Origin: Candidatus Aenigmatarchaeota archaeon
GTDB taxonomy: Archaea; Aenigmatarchaeota; Aenigmatarchaeia; QMZP01; QMZT01
Direction: 5' to 3'
Assembly (NCBI GenBank): GCA_963726265.1
Contig: CAVSBQ010000002.1
Coordinates: forward strand, 928,001 to 992,000
Length of the DNA: 64,000 nucleotides
Position 1 is the first letter of the stretch, and each line of letters starts with the position of its first letter. Below are positions 17,559 to 27,603 of this stretch, one piece after another. The notes below the pieces were generated by a model, which ran no database searches, was not told where the DNA came from, and saw only the letters and a program-made list of their open reading frames with translations. Made by a program: the position numbers and the translations under genes.

Positions 17559-18323
17559 ATGATAAACACTAACGCGATTTATGTGTTGTGGCTCAGGGAA
17601 ATGAAGAGATTTGTAAGGGCTAAATCCAGGATAATAGGCATGCTCGCGATGCCGCTGCTGTTCCTGTCGTTCATGGGCATGGGTTTCTCGGGCATGGCAA
17701 TCCCCGGTCTAGGTAGCGGATTGAACTACATAAGCTTCCTCGTGCCCGGCATAATAGGCATGGGCATGCTTTTCACCTCGATGTTCGCAGGCATCTCGGT
17801 TTTGTGGGACAGGGAGTTCGGCTTTCTGAAGGAGATAATGATAGCGCCCGTGAACCGCGTCTCCATCGTGCTGGGCAGGATAGCGGGCGGCGCGACCACC
17901 GCCCTTATTCAGGGCATATTGATACTTTTGATTTCGATGGTCATCGGCTTCAGGGTTCCTGGCGTTCTTGCAGTCCTTACAGCAGTCGTGTTCATGACGC
18001 TGATAGCGACGACGTTCATAGGCCTCGGCCTCGTCTTCGCGTCCAAGATGCGCGACATGCAGGGCTTCAACCTGATAATGAACTTCGTGATTTTCCCGTT
18101 GTTCTTTTTGTCCGGGGCGTTATTCCCTCTGGACAACCTCCCATGGTTCATAAAGGCGATATCGTTCATAGACCCGCTGACATACGGCATCGACGGCATG
18201 CGCGCTGCGCTCATAGGCTTTTCGACGTTCAGCATAATGGTCGATCTTGTAGTGCTGCTCGGCATGTCAGCGACCATGGTTTTCCTGGGCGCGTATTTCT
18301 TCGAGAAGAGCGAGAGCGTGTGA
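17559..18323 (+). CDS. ABC-2 type permease (DrrB-like)
   Basis: DREFGFLKEI, FLSGALFP, DPLTYGIDG; six TM helices. Confidence 0.92.
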   Translation: MINTNAIYVLWLREMKRFVRAKSRIIGMLAMPLLFLSFMGMGFSGMAIPGLGSGLNYISFLVPGIIGMGMLFTSMFAGISVLWDREFGFLKEIMIAPVNRVSIVLGRIAGGATTALIQGILILLISMVIGFRVPGVLAVLTAVVFMTLIATTFIGLGLVFASKMRDMQGFNLIMNFVIFPLFFLSGALFPLDNLPWFIKAISFIDPLTYGIDGMRAALIGFSTFSIMVDLVVLLGMSATMVFLGAYFFEKSESV

Positions 18324-18378
18324 GCCGCGGGCGACCAACGCTTAATTTTATTTAAACCGCTGAAACAATATTGATATC

Positions 18379-18927
18379 ATGATTGATGCCATGGAGAAAG
18401 CAATCGACCTCAGGGCGAAGATACGCACGGTCCCCCATTTTCCCAAGCAGGGCGTTATGTTCAGGGACATCACCACGCTGCTGCAGGATTCCGGGGCGTT
18501 CCGCCAAGCCATAAAGGAAATGATAAGGCACTTCGAGGGGAAGCGCATAGACAAGGTCGTTTCGGCCGAGAGCAGGGGCTTCATCTTCGGTTCTGCTATA
18601 GCGTATGAGCTGGGAGCGGGCTTCGTCCCGCTCAGGAAGCCGGGAAAGCTGCCGTGGAAAAAGATACGCGAGGAATTCGATACAGAATATTCGAAGGACG
18701 CGTTCGAGATGCACGAGGACGCTATAAACAAAGGCGAGAACGTCCTGGTGGTCGACGACCTCCTCGCGACCGGAGGAACGATGGAAGCGGCCGCGAAGCT
18801 GATAGAAAGGCTCGGCGGCAACATAATCGGCATGGCCATACTGATAGAGCTCGGCTTCCTGAAGGGGCGCGAGCGCCTGAAGGGGTATGATGTTTTTACC
18901 ATAGTGAATTACGAGTCAGAGGAATGA
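18379..18927 (+). CDS. apt: Adenine phosphoribosyltransferase
   Basis: PHFPKQGVMFRDITTL, ESRGF, RKPGKLP, VVDDLLATGGT. Confidence 0.95.
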   Translation: MIDAMEKAIDLRAKIRTVPHFPKQGVMFRDITTLLQDSGAFRQAIKEMIRHFEGKRIDKVVSAESRGFIFGSAIAYELGAGFVPLRKPGKLPWKKIREEFDTEYSKDAFEMHEDAINKGENVLVVDDLLATGGTMEAAAKLIERLGGNIIGMAILIELGFLKGRERLKGYDVFTIVNYESEE

Positions 18928-18970
18928 TAATTTTCTTGTTCACGTTTAAAACCGGATGAGTTAAATATTA

Positions 18971-19013
18971 ATACCTTTAAAGGTATAATATTATAACAAA
19001 AAAGGTATAATAT
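18971..19013. promoter_or_regulatory. Operator-like palindrome and direct repeat upstream of MNT-HEPN
   Basis: Perfect 16-bp palindrome ATACCTTTAAAGGTAT (18971-18986). AAAGGTATAATAT is repeated at 18979 and 19001. Confidence 0.6.
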
Positions 19014-19632
19014 GGAAAGGCTATCAAGGAACGGGATTGGGATATTGAACCTGTTCAGAAAAAACATTTTTTTAAGCGGCTCCATCAGGGAGATAGCAGC
19101 CTTGCTGAAAAAGCCGTACCCGAAAGTTTACGAGGCGGCCAAAGAGCTTGAGAGACGAAACGTCATACATCTGAGGAAAGCCGGGAACGCCAGCCTGTGC
19201 GAGATCATGCTTTCGAAGGAGGCTGTTTCTGTTCTGTCCTTCCTGGACGGGCAGGAGGCAATCTCCCGGAACATCCCGAACATGGAAAAGATACTCGAGT
19301 TCAGGGAATTTTTGGATGACATAATAGTAGTCGCGGGAAGCTACGCAAAAGGCAGGCAGACCCCGAAATCGGATATAGACCTGGTCTTGATAACCAAGGA
19401 AGGCGCTGCCCGAAAGCAAAAGCTGCTGGAGAACATGACCATGACCTTCCTTCCCAGAATACATGCGGTTACATTCAGCTACAAAGATTTTGTAGACATG
19501 CTTTTGAGCAGAGACGAGAATTTCGGGAAAGAGGTTTTCAGGAATCACCTGATATTCAGGAACACCGAAAGATATTATCTTTTGCTCAAGGAGGCAATTG
19601 AAAATGGATTCAGAAGCAAAAATCTATCTTGA
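19012..19632 (+). CDS. wHTH-fused minimal nucleotidyltransferase (MNT antitoxin)
   Basis: N-terminal HTH (SIREIAALLKKPYPKVYEAAKEL) and GSYAKG..SDIDL pol-beta motif. Confidence 0.85.
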   Translation: MERLSRNGIGILNLFRKNIFLSGSIREIAALLKKPYPKVYEAAKELERRNVIHLRKAGNASLCEIMLSKEAVSVLSFLDGQEAISRNIPNMEKILEFREFLDDIIVVAGSYAKGRQTPKSDIDLVLITKEGAARKQKLLENMTMTFLPRIHAVTFSYKDFVDMLLSRDENFGKEVFRNHLIFRNTERYYLLLKEAIENGFRSKNLS

Positions 19633-20113
19633 ACGGGCGGACAGCAAAATCCTGCTTGCGAAAACCGTTTTTGACATATCCATGAGCAGGCAGCTGAAGG
19701 GGATATTGGGCATCACGCAAGACAAGACCTTTTTCAGCGACGTCATTTCCATGGCGTATTACGGCATATTCTATGCGGCTAAAGCGTATCTGCTCTCGGA
19801 GAGGATAAAGACCTCTCCGCCGGAGGAGCATAAGAAAACGTATGACGAATTCAAAAAATTCGTCGCCTCGGGGAGAATAGGCAGGCAGCTTCTGGACATT
19901 TACGATGAGGAGACTCAAAAAGCGGAAGCCCTGTTGAAAATATTCCACGACGAGAGGAGAAAAAGAGGCATTTTTACATACAACGTGAAATCCGAGGCGA
20001 ATATCCCCGCTGCGCGGGAGTCCATCGACAACGCAAGGGATTTCATTTCGGCGGTCAAGCTTGTGATGGGACAAAACGGGCACTTTATTAAAAACAGGCT
20101 ACAAAAGAAATAA
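19604..20113 (+). CDS. HEPN-domain protein (putative toxin)
   Basis: YLERA, AYYGIFYAAKAYL, H..T, R(GIFT)Y; overlaps the MNT gene. Confidence 0.8.
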   Translation: MDSEAKIYLERADSKILLAKTVFDISMSRQLKGILGITQDKTFFSDVISMAYYGIFYAAKAYLLSERIKTSPPEEHKKTYDEFKKFVASGRIGRQLLDIYDEETQKAEALLKIFHDERRKRGIFTYNVKSEANIPAARESIDNARDFISAVKLVMGQNGHFIKNRLQKK

Positions 20114-20130
20114 TATGGTGGGATATTATT

Positions 20131-21518
20131 ATGCTTGACATACAGCTTTTCAGGGAGAACGCCGACGTCATCCGCGAATCGGAGAAGAAGCGCTTCAAGG
20201 ACGAGGCGCTGGTCGACAAGGTCGTGGAGCTGGACAGGAAATGGCGCGAGGCTCTTAAACAGGCGGAGGCGCTGAGGCACAGGAGGAACGTCGTTTCCAT
20301 GGAGATTGCCGGCCTGAAGAAGGCAGGCAAGCACGCCGACGGCAAAATAAGCGAGATGAAGAGCGTCAACATCAGGATAGGCGAGAACGAAAGCCTGGCG
20401 AACGAGCTGCTCGCGAAACGCGACGCCTGCAGGTATAAGATAGGCAACGTCCTGCACAGTGACGTCGTCACGGGCAGGGGCGAGCACGAGAACAAGTTCA
20501 TCCGCGCCTGGGGCAAGCCGCTCGTCCTTCTCAACGACATGGAAAGCTTCAAGCGAGATACGAGGGGAACGCTCGCCTTCGAGCCGCTCCACTTCAAGCC
20601 CAGGAGCCATGTAGAGCTGCTCGAGGAACTCGACCTCGCCGACATCGAAAGAGCGGGAAGCTTTCCGGCGCGAGATTCTATTATCTGAAGAACGAGCTGG
20701 TCATGCTCAACCTCGCGCTCATACGCTTCGCCTTGGACTTCCTCGTGAAAAAGGGCTTCACGCCCATGTGGACGCCCTTCATGCTGCAGAAGGACGCGAT
20801 TTCCGCCGCGGCCGAGCTCGGCGACTTCGAAAGCCAGCTCTACAAAATCGAGGGAGAAGACCTGTTCCTTATAGCGACGGCCGAGCAGACGCTGGCGGCG
20901 TATCACATGGGAGAGACGTTCCAGGAGAAAGAGCTGCCCAAGACGTATGCGGGATTCTCGACCAACTTCCGCCGCGAAGCGGGTTCGCACGGCAAAGACA
21001 CGAAAGGCATCTTCCGCGTCCACCAGTTCGACAAGGTCGAGCAGTTCGTCTTATGCAGGCGCGAAGACTCCGGGGCATGGTTCGACAAGCTGATCGCGAA
21101 CGCCGAGGCGCTCTACCAGAAGCTCGATATTCCATACAGGATAATGTCCGTGTGCTCGGGCGAGATGAACGACAACGCGGCGATAAAGTATGACCTCGAG
21201 GCATGGATGCCGGCGCAGGGGCAGTTCCGCGAGATGGTGTCATGCTCGAATTGCACGGATTACCAGCCGAGGAAGCTGGGCATAAAGGTGATGAGGAAGG
21301 ATGGTAAGAGCGAGACGCTCCACACGCTCAACTCGACTGCGATAGCGACGGAACGCGCTCTCACCGCGATCCTCGAGAACTGCCAGCAGAAGGACGGCAG
21401 CATAAAGATACCCAAGCCGCTTGCCGCATACGCCGGCTTCAGGGAGATAGAAAGGAAGGCGGTCAAGGAAAAGACGAAGGGAAGACGCGAAGAAGAGATA
21501 GCAACGGGGATGGCATGA
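20131..21518 (+). CDS. serS: Serine--tRNA ligase, with one-base frameshift near 20657 (probable sequencing error)
   Basis: MLDIQLFREN coiled-coil arm joins GKLSGARFYYLKNEL if one base is restored; ATAEQ, FRREAG, FRVHQFDK, SCSNCTDYQ, HTLNST. Confidence 0.93.
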
Positions 21519-22558
21519 TTCTGGACGACGCGAAGGAGATAGAAAGGCTCGACCTGTCCAAGGTCGTTGCCTCGCTGGAGAGGTTTCCGGAGCAGTGCGA
21601 GGAGGCCATCCAGCTGGGGAGGAAGTTCGCCAAAAAACTGGAGGCGCCGAGGCCGGAAAGGGTCTTCATATGCGGCATGGGCGGCTCCGGCATAGCCGGG
21701 GACATAGTCTCCGGGATTTTCCCCGAAAGAGACATACGCGTCTTCAAGGACTACGGCCTTCCAGGCTACGTTAGCAGCAGGGACCTTGTTTTCGTGGTGA
21801 GCTATTCCGGCGACACCGAAGAAACGCTTAGCTCGTTCAGGGAGGCGCTCAAGAGGGGCAGCAGGCTGATCGCCATAACGTCCGGGGGCGAGCTCGAAAA
21901 TGAATGCGCGAAGCGCGGCGTCGCCTGCGTCCAGATACCCAAAGGCATGAAGCCGAGATTCGCCATAGGCTACCTTGTTTTGCCCATCATAATCGCGCTC
22001 GAGAAAATGAAGTTCGTGGAGAAGCAGAACCTCGAGCTGGTCGTGAAGAACCTGAAGGAGACGAGGGACGAGATAAGGGTGGGGACGCCCGCGCAGGACA
22101 ACCCGGCCAAGAGGATAGCCATGAAGCTGGCGGATTCCGTGCCCGTGATCCACGGCTTCGGCATATACGAGTCCGTGGTCTACAGGACGAGGACCCAGTT
22201 CAACGAGAACTCCAAGGTCATTGCGCTTTCCGAGACGTATCCGGAGCTGAACCACAACTCCATAATCGGCTGGGACGGCGGCGGCCCGACCAAGAATTTC
22301 TCGGTCATAATAATACGCGACAACAGCGAGAGCGAAAGGATAAGGAAGCGGATAGAGTTCACCAAGGAGCTGCTGAAGAAGGCGGCGCGCTCTGTCATAG
22401 AGGTCTGGTCCGTCTATCCTTACGGGCTTTCGCGCGTGCTCTCGACCATGTACGTGCTCGATTTCGCGAGCATCTACCTGGGCCTGCTCAGGGGCAGGGA
22501 CCCGGGTGACGACAGCATAATAGCGAAGCTCAAAACCATTTTAAAGGAACAGCAGTAA
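21515..22558 (+). CDS. Bifunctional phosphoglucose/phosphomannose isomerase
   Basis: GMGGSG, SYSGDTEETL, TSGG, QFNENSK, PELNHN. Confidence 0.92.
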   Translation: MILDDAKEIERLDLSKVVASLERFPEQCEEAIQLGRKFAKKLEAPRPERVFICGMGGSGIAGDIVSGIFPERDIRVFKDYGLPGYVSSRDLVFVVSYSGDTEETLSSFREALKRGSRLIAITSGGELENECAKRGVACVQIPKGMKPRFAIGYLVLPIIIALEKMKFVEKQNLELVVKNLKETRDEIRVGTPAQDNPAKRIAMKLADSVPVIHGFGIYESVVYRTRTQFNENSKVIALSETYPELNHNSIIGWDGGGPTKNFSVIIIRDNSESERIRKRIEFTKELLKKAARSVIEVWSVYPYGLSRVLSTMYVLDFASIYLGLLRGRDPGDDSIIAKLKTILKEQQ

Positions 22559-22610
22559 TATTTATAATCCGGATACAATTGGTTATATCGGATTCGGAGG
22601 GTGTGGTTGC

Positions 22611-23135
22611 ATGAAGCTGATTTTCGTCGCGGGCCTGCCGGACATAGACAAGGCGACCATAATAGACCTCGCGCTCCAGCGGGCGGGGCGCAAGCAGGAG
22701 TTCCTGCTGGTCGATTTTGACGCAATAGAGGACATAGTCCAGAACGCCGCGGAAGCGGACGACATGGAGGCTTCGAGGCTCATGCTTGCGAAGTTCTACG
22801 ACAAGACGGAGAAGGCTCTGATAGCGAAGCTCAAGGAGCAGAGGGGCAGCATCATTGTGAACGGCTACCTAACCTTCGGCACGAAATACGGCTATTCGAG
22901 AGGGGCGACGGACGACTTCTTCCGCACTTTCAACCCGGACATCATAGTCATTCTTGAGAGGTACGCCGAGACCGGAGAAAAAACCGACGCGTCGACGGTA
23001 GACCAGCAGCGCATCAACAGGTATTACGGCACGATATTCTCGTCCATGTGCGGCTCCTCGCTCAAGATAATAAAGTTCAGGGAAAGCAGGATGATGGAGG
23101 CGGTCGCGGAGCTGGCCGACGTCCTGAAGCATTAG
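22611..23135 (+). CDS. Archaeal adenylate kinase-like protein with degenerate P-loop
   Basis: GLPDIDKAT in place of GxPGxGKT/S; TKYGY, FNPDIIVILE and QQRINRYYG resemble AdkA; adjacent to DUF106. Confidence 0.7.
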   Translation: MKLIFVAGLPDIDKATIIDLALQRAGRKQEFLLVDFDAIEDIVQNAAEADDMEASRLMLAKFYDKTEKALIAKLKEQRGSIIVNGYLTFGTKYGYSRGATDDFFRTFNPDIIVILERYAETGEKTDASTVDQQRINRYYGTIFSSMCGSSLKIIKFRESRMMEAVAELADVLKH

Positions 23136-23147
23136 GAGACGAAACTT

Positions 23148-23810
23148 ATGATCCTGCCTTACCAGTATGTTTTCCTCTGGGCGCTGCTGCTGTCGTTCCT
23201 GGTCGCGCTCATATACAGGCTCTTCACCAAGCCGGAGCAGATGCGCCAGATAAAGGCGGACATGAAGCTTTACAGGGAGAAGTCGAAGGAGGCGCAGAAG
23301 CAGAAGGACCTCAAGAAGGCGAACGAATACATGAGCGAGATGATGAAGCTCAGCCAGAAGCAGATGCGCCAGACCATGAAGCCCATGTTCATAACGCTGG
23401 GCGTGGTCCTGATCCTCATCGGCTTCATAAACCAGGCCTACAGCGGCGTGGCGGTCGAGACGAAAGCGGTCGACGCAACAACCGCTCTCGGCCAGTTCTC
23501 ATACGCGGACTTCAGCCATCAGCTCAGGGCCGAAAAGATAAACGAAACGGATATCATAGTCACGGTCGACGCCAACGCCAACGGCGATTTCACGGACGAC
23601 ACGTCTTATGCGAACGGCCAGATCGCGCGGTTGGAAGGCATAAACTGGCAGGTTGCGCCGCAGAGCCTCAACGTCACCAAGATGGACACGATAGTCATGC
23701 TGCCCTTCAGCATGCCCTTTTTGGGCAGCCAGCTCACCTGGATAATGTGGTATATCCTCGTCTCGCTTCCGGGGACCTGGATGTTCAGGAAGGCGCTGGG
23801 CGTCGAGTGA
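23148..23810 (+). CDS. DUF106 / EMC3-TMCO1-Oxa1 superfamily membrane insertase
   Basis: TM1, coiled coil, MRQTMKPMFIT, C-terminal WIMWYILVS..FRKALG. Confidence 0.88.
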   Translation: MILPYQYVFLWALLLSFLVALIYRLFTKPEQMRQIKADMKLYREKSKEAQKQKDLKKANEYMSEMMKLSQKQMRQTMKPMFITLGVVLILIGFINQAYSGVAVETKAVDATTALGQFSYADFSHQLRAEKINETDIIVTVDANANGDFTDDTSYANGQIARLEGINWQVAPQSLNVTKMDTIVMLPFSMPFLGSQLTWIMWYILVSLPGTWMFRKALGVE

Positions 23811-23831
23811 GAATTATAACGGGCGGGTCTT

Positions 23832-24527
23832 TTATCTTGGAGTAAAAACTAGATGACTGAATTTTACAGGAGTCTTTCCGTCTGGAGCTGGTTTAAATGC
23901 GGCTCTTGCAACTTCCCTTTCTTTCCAAGCCTCCTCTCCGTCTACCAAAAGATAGCTTTGAATATGGAACTCTTTTGGCTGTTTTGTCGTTATAGAAGGC
24001 CTATTTATATCAAATGCATAGGTAAAATCTCCAGTTTCTTCATAATTGGAAGAGTCAAAATTTATTAAAAGATGCTCATTTGGAATTGTCCTTCGGTTTG
24101 ATGTCCCGCCATAATTACTCTTTCTTATACGAACACCTGTAACAATTGTTCCATCTCCTAAGTCGATAGTTGTTACTCCTAACCTTTCTTGCATTTTTGA
24201 TTCTTCTTCACAAATTTGTTTAATTGCATCACCAAAATCCATGGAAAAAATAACTTCTAAATCACCCTGTGGTATTAACAACTCCCCTCTCCTTTGCCAG
24301 ACAGGATTTCTTAATACGTATACTTCTGCTTTATGCGCAGAAAGCTTATCGTGTTCTCTGTTTGGTGGAAATCTTTTGAGAAAATCCAATCCTGCCTCAG
24401 CCACTTCTTTCTTAACTCCGACTTCGGCAGCTTCTTCGGGATGTGATAAACAATGTCGGTAAAAACTGGTATTATCTTCAATTCTGCATTTCGTGTAATT
24501 AAATCCGTTATATTTCGCGCCTCTCAT
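23832..24527 (-). CDS. AT-rich orphan hypothetical protein
   Basis: 231-aa ORF with strongly atypical composition and its own TATA (TTTATAAA about 24550-24557). Confidence 0.7.
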   Translation of the reverse strand: MRGAKYNGFNYTKCRIEDNTSFYRHCLSHPEEAAEVGVKKEVAEAGLDFLKRFPPNREHDKLSAHKAEVYVLRNPVWQRRGELLIPQGDLEVIFSMDFGDAIKQICEEESKMQERLGVTTIDLGDGTIVTGVRIRKSNYGGTSNRRTIPNEHLLINFDSSNYEETGDFTYAFDINRPSITTKQPKEFHIQSYLLVDGEEAWKEREVARAAFKPAPDGKTPVKFSHLVFTPR

Positions 24528-24605
24528 GTAAATTATAATCTTGACAATCTTTATAAACCTATAGATTGTTTACTACTTTATCATTACTAATTTTATACGT
24601 TCTAG

Positions 24606-24860
24606 CTATCTGCTGTACATGAAGAGGTCCGGGACCCAGCTCTTCATCATCACGTAAACGACCAGCGTGTCCACGAAAAGGAAGATGCCCACTATGACTA
24701 TGCCGAAGATGATGCTCGTGTTGAGCTCGCCCACGTTGCAGACGAACTTCTCCTTGTAGTCGCATATCAGCTTGGTCTTTATCATGGAATCGAAGGTGAA
24801 GAAGATGAAGACGCAGGAGATGAACACGACGAGCATGCCGAGAAAAAGGACGATTTTCAT
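24606..24860 (-). CDS. Small two-TM membrane protein
   Basis: Two hydrophobic helices flanking a Cys pair. The start overlaps the rnp4 stop. Confidence 0.7.
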   Translation of the reverse strand: MKIVLFLGMLVVFISCVFIFFTFDSMIKTKLICDYKEKFVCNVGELNTSIIFGIVIVGIFLFVDTLVVYVMMKSWVPDLFMYSR

Positions 24861-25207
24861 GCTTTCTTTCTCCTCTTTTTAATAATTCCCCTTTCCCTTA
24901 TATAAGGATGCCTCGCCACAGAACCGCACGCGAGGCACGTGACGACGACGGCCTGCTTGTCATCACGTAAGCGAATTCTGCAGCTCACGCCGGGCCTGAG
25001 ATACGCATTGCACTTCCTGCAGAACTCGCTTTTTTGTCGCTTGCCCAGCCTCACGTTGTAGCGCATCGCAATCCTGCGCGCGAGTTCGACGTAGCGCTTC
25101 GCCCGCTCCGGATGCTTCCTGAACTCGCGCTCCGCCTGCTCGAAGAGAAGCGCGATCCGTTCCTTCGATATGTTCGTCCAAGCCTCGGGCTTCTTCCTGC
25201 TGCGCAT
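24857..25207 (-). CDS. rnp4: Ribonuclease P protein component 4 (Rpp21)
   Basis: KERIALLF, AKRYVELARRIAMR, CRKC...CLACG zinc ribbon. Confidence 0.9.
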   Translation of the reverse strand: MRSRKKPEAWTNISKERIALLFEQAEREFRKHPERAKRYVELARRIAMRYNVRLGKRQKSEFCRKCNAYLRPGVSCRIRLRDDKQAVVVTCLACGSVARHPYIRERGIIKKRRKKA

Positions 25208-25289
25208 GAATAGGTTTTGTTTCGCAAAATAAAAAGCGTTCCTGCTGCTATGGCTATCAAAAATAAAGGTAAAAAAAATCAAAAGGGAA

Positions 25290-25832
25290 TCAAGTTTTCG
25301 GTTTTTCAGCTGGTGCTCCGCCCTTGTTGCCTTCCTGCCCTAGCCAGAATATCACTATCGCAAGTATTACGATGAAGAACAACACTGTCCAGAAGTCAGA
25401 ACTCATGGTCCATCCTGGTATGTTCACAAGCCACGCGCCGCCAGCTCCGAAGAACATCACTATGCCTATGAAAACCAGCAGGAGAACCAGCACCCATTTG
25501 GTGGTTTTTCCTTCGGTCAGCGTCTTCACGTCAAAGCCGACAATGGCCAGCAGGATCACTATGAACAGAAGTCCCGTAGCGACCACTAACCACATGCCGG
25601 AAAGGTTGGCGAAGAAGCTGACTATCATTGAGTTCCAGCTGGAATACAGCATCACGAAGAACGCCACTATGAGGGCTATCACTCCCGTCGCTGATTTTGG
25701 CAGCCTGTCCTTAAGCGCCCATGACATAAGTCCGTAGACTATCGCTAGTGCAAGCAGGAACGGAAACAAGAACTGGAAGAAGCCCAGCCTTGACATGTTC
25801 TGCAATAATATGCCGAATGCTCCGTCTGCCAT
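25290..25832 (-). CDS. Multi-pass membrane protein (LFPFLLALAIVYGL family)
   Basis: About 5 TM helices; similar in sequence to 26439-26900. Confidence 0.8.
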   Translation of the reverse strand: MADGAFGILLQNMSRLGFFQFLFPFLLALAIVYGLMSWALKDRLPKSATGVIALIVAFFVMLYSSWNSMIVSFFANLSGMWLVVATGLLFIVILLAIVGFDVKTLTEGKTTKWVLVLLLVFIGIVMFFGAGGAWLVNIPGWTMSSDFWTVLFFIVILAIVIFWLGQEGNKGGAPAEKPKT

Positions 25833-26056
25833 AATAATCTATTGTGACATAACCTTTATAAGTATATCCTTCCCCGTCTCTTTTCCCGTTTATTTTCCCG
25901 CCTGATGCCGCTTTTGCGCGCGGTTTCGGGGCGGCTTTTTCATGTTCTAAAATGCGCCCGGAAAGGGGCCTGAAAAGCTTTATAAATAGTAAAAACTACT
26001 ATTAAGTAATAAAAATTAACATAGATGTAATTTGTTAGGGTGTCATTGGCGATAAA

Positions 26057-26425
26057 ATGGTAAAGGAAATTGATATCGGTAAATATCTGAAAACACTAGA
26101 AGATGGTTTGAAGGAGCTTTACAGCGACAAGATAGATCTCAGCAGATACAAATTCAAGGAAGAGACACTCGAGGCTTATGAAATTCTGATGCAGGGATTC
26201 AAAAAAGGAGACAGGGAATTCGTAAGCAAAGGCCTTAGTGCCCTTTATACTTACACAAATCCGGATATCCCAGAAAACGAGATAATGAAAAACTACAGCG
26301 GCGACAAAGTCGTGCTGGATCTGTTCTACAAAATATCAGGCGCCGTAAAGGGAATGGCTGACGAGATTTCAAAGGCATTCAGTGAAGCGCAAGCCCACCA
26401 GGAAGCGCTCCCGCAGGCAGCCTAG
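26057..26425 (+). CDS. AT-rich orphan hypothetical protein
   Basis: 122-aa ORF with a strong BRE-TATA at about 25974. It sits antisense within the membrane-protein cluster. Confidence 0.7.
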   Translation: MVKEIDIGKYLKTLEDGLKELYSDKIDLSRYKFKEETLEAYEILMQGFKKGDREFVSKGLSALYTYTNPDIPENEIMKNYSGDKVVLDLFYKISGAVKGMADEISKAFSEAQAHQEALPQAA

Positions 26426-26438
26426 TTCTCTGTTTTTG

Positions 26439-26900
26439 TCACGCGCCCGTCTTGTATGCCTTCCACAGGATGACGGCCACTATCAGTATGCCTATTATCC
26501 ACACGAGGTTCGTGTTCGAAAGTAGGCTGCTGCTCGGCAGGATGTCGGTCGTCTGCATCCTCGCCAGTATGATGAGAACCAGCACTAAGATGACTATGAT
26601 AAGGACGGGATCTCCTTTCTTGCCTTCCTTGCCGCTGCCCCTCAGCGGCTTCAGGACTATCCATATCAGGAACAGCACAACGAAGAAGCCGGCTGCGTAA
26701 GGCAGAATCGAGTTTATGAACGAGACCACCTGCGAGTTCATCACAGAGAAGAACGCGAACACCACGGCGATTATCCCGTTCACGGCGCGGTTCTTGAAGA
26801 CCTTCGAGACCTCGAGGGCGCCGTAGATTATCGCCAGCACCAGGAAGAACGGGAGCAGGATTTCCATCGAAATGAGGTCGAACGGGAACATAATTACCAC
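26439..26900 (-). CDS. Multi-pass membrane protein (LLPFFLVLAIIYGAL family)
   Basis: About 5 TM helices; paralog-like to 25290-25832. Confidence 0.8.
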   Translation of the reverse strand: MVIMFPFDLISMEILLPFFLVLAIIYGALEVSKVFKNRAVNGIIAVVFAFFSVMNSQVVSFINSILPYAAGFFVVLFLIWIVLKPLRGSGKEGKKGDPVLIIVILVLVLIILARMQTTDILPSSSLLSNTNLVWIIGILIVAVILWKAYKTGA

Positions 26901-27566
26901 TTTGGAGATTCTCCTTTCATTGCTCTTATAAGATTATTTCTTAATTTCGTGATTCCAGGATTTTTTCGCTTAAAATGGAACCTTTTTTTCCAGCTTATCA
27001 ATTTCTTCGTGCGTGCTATTTAAAATATCTTGATAGTGTCCCTTTATCCCCGTTTTCTTCTCCGAGGATACTTGTTCATATATATACTGGATATTATGTT
27101 CAATCATCTCCGCTTCGCTTTTGTATTCGCCAAAGGGGTTAACCTGATCTACAGCGCCTGCAACAGAAAAAATACTTCTCATACCTTCAATCGCACTCCC
27201 GTGCGCTGGGCCGTGGCCGCCCCCGCCTCCTCCCCCACCCCCTCCACCGCCTCTATATGTGATGAAGTAGATGAAGCCGAGGAACAGCAGCAAGAAGAAC
27301 CAGTATTTGCTGAGCATCACGAAAAAGCTGTAATAGCCCTGTAAAACTATGAAAGCGTAAATGCCGGCGGCGAGCACCGCCCTGAGGCCTTTGTGCTGAC
27401 CCATTATCTTGTTGGAGAGAATCCATACGAAAATTACTATGACCAGCGTCGGGAAGATGAAAAGGTAGAATAGCTGGTAAAGCGACCCCTGGCTGGCGTA
27501 TTCGGAAACGAGGCTTTGGTTTATTTTCAGGATGTCGACCAGCATTCCGAATATGTCCGTAGCCAT
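26894..27566 (-). CDS. Membrane protein with poly-Gly linker and helical tail; probable +1 indel near 26972
   Basis: 3 TM helices, then RGGGGGGGGGGGH. Removing one base extends the ORF by KRKNPG...ESPKW* to a stop overlapping the next start. Confidence 0.7.
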
Positions 27567-27603
27567 GTTAATTTATTAGGCAGACAGGTTTAAATTTATG
27601 GGA

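Noticed and set aside
20640..20700. Programmed frameshifting in serS
   Set aside because: No slippery heptamer is present, and similar single-base indels elsewhere point to sequencing error.
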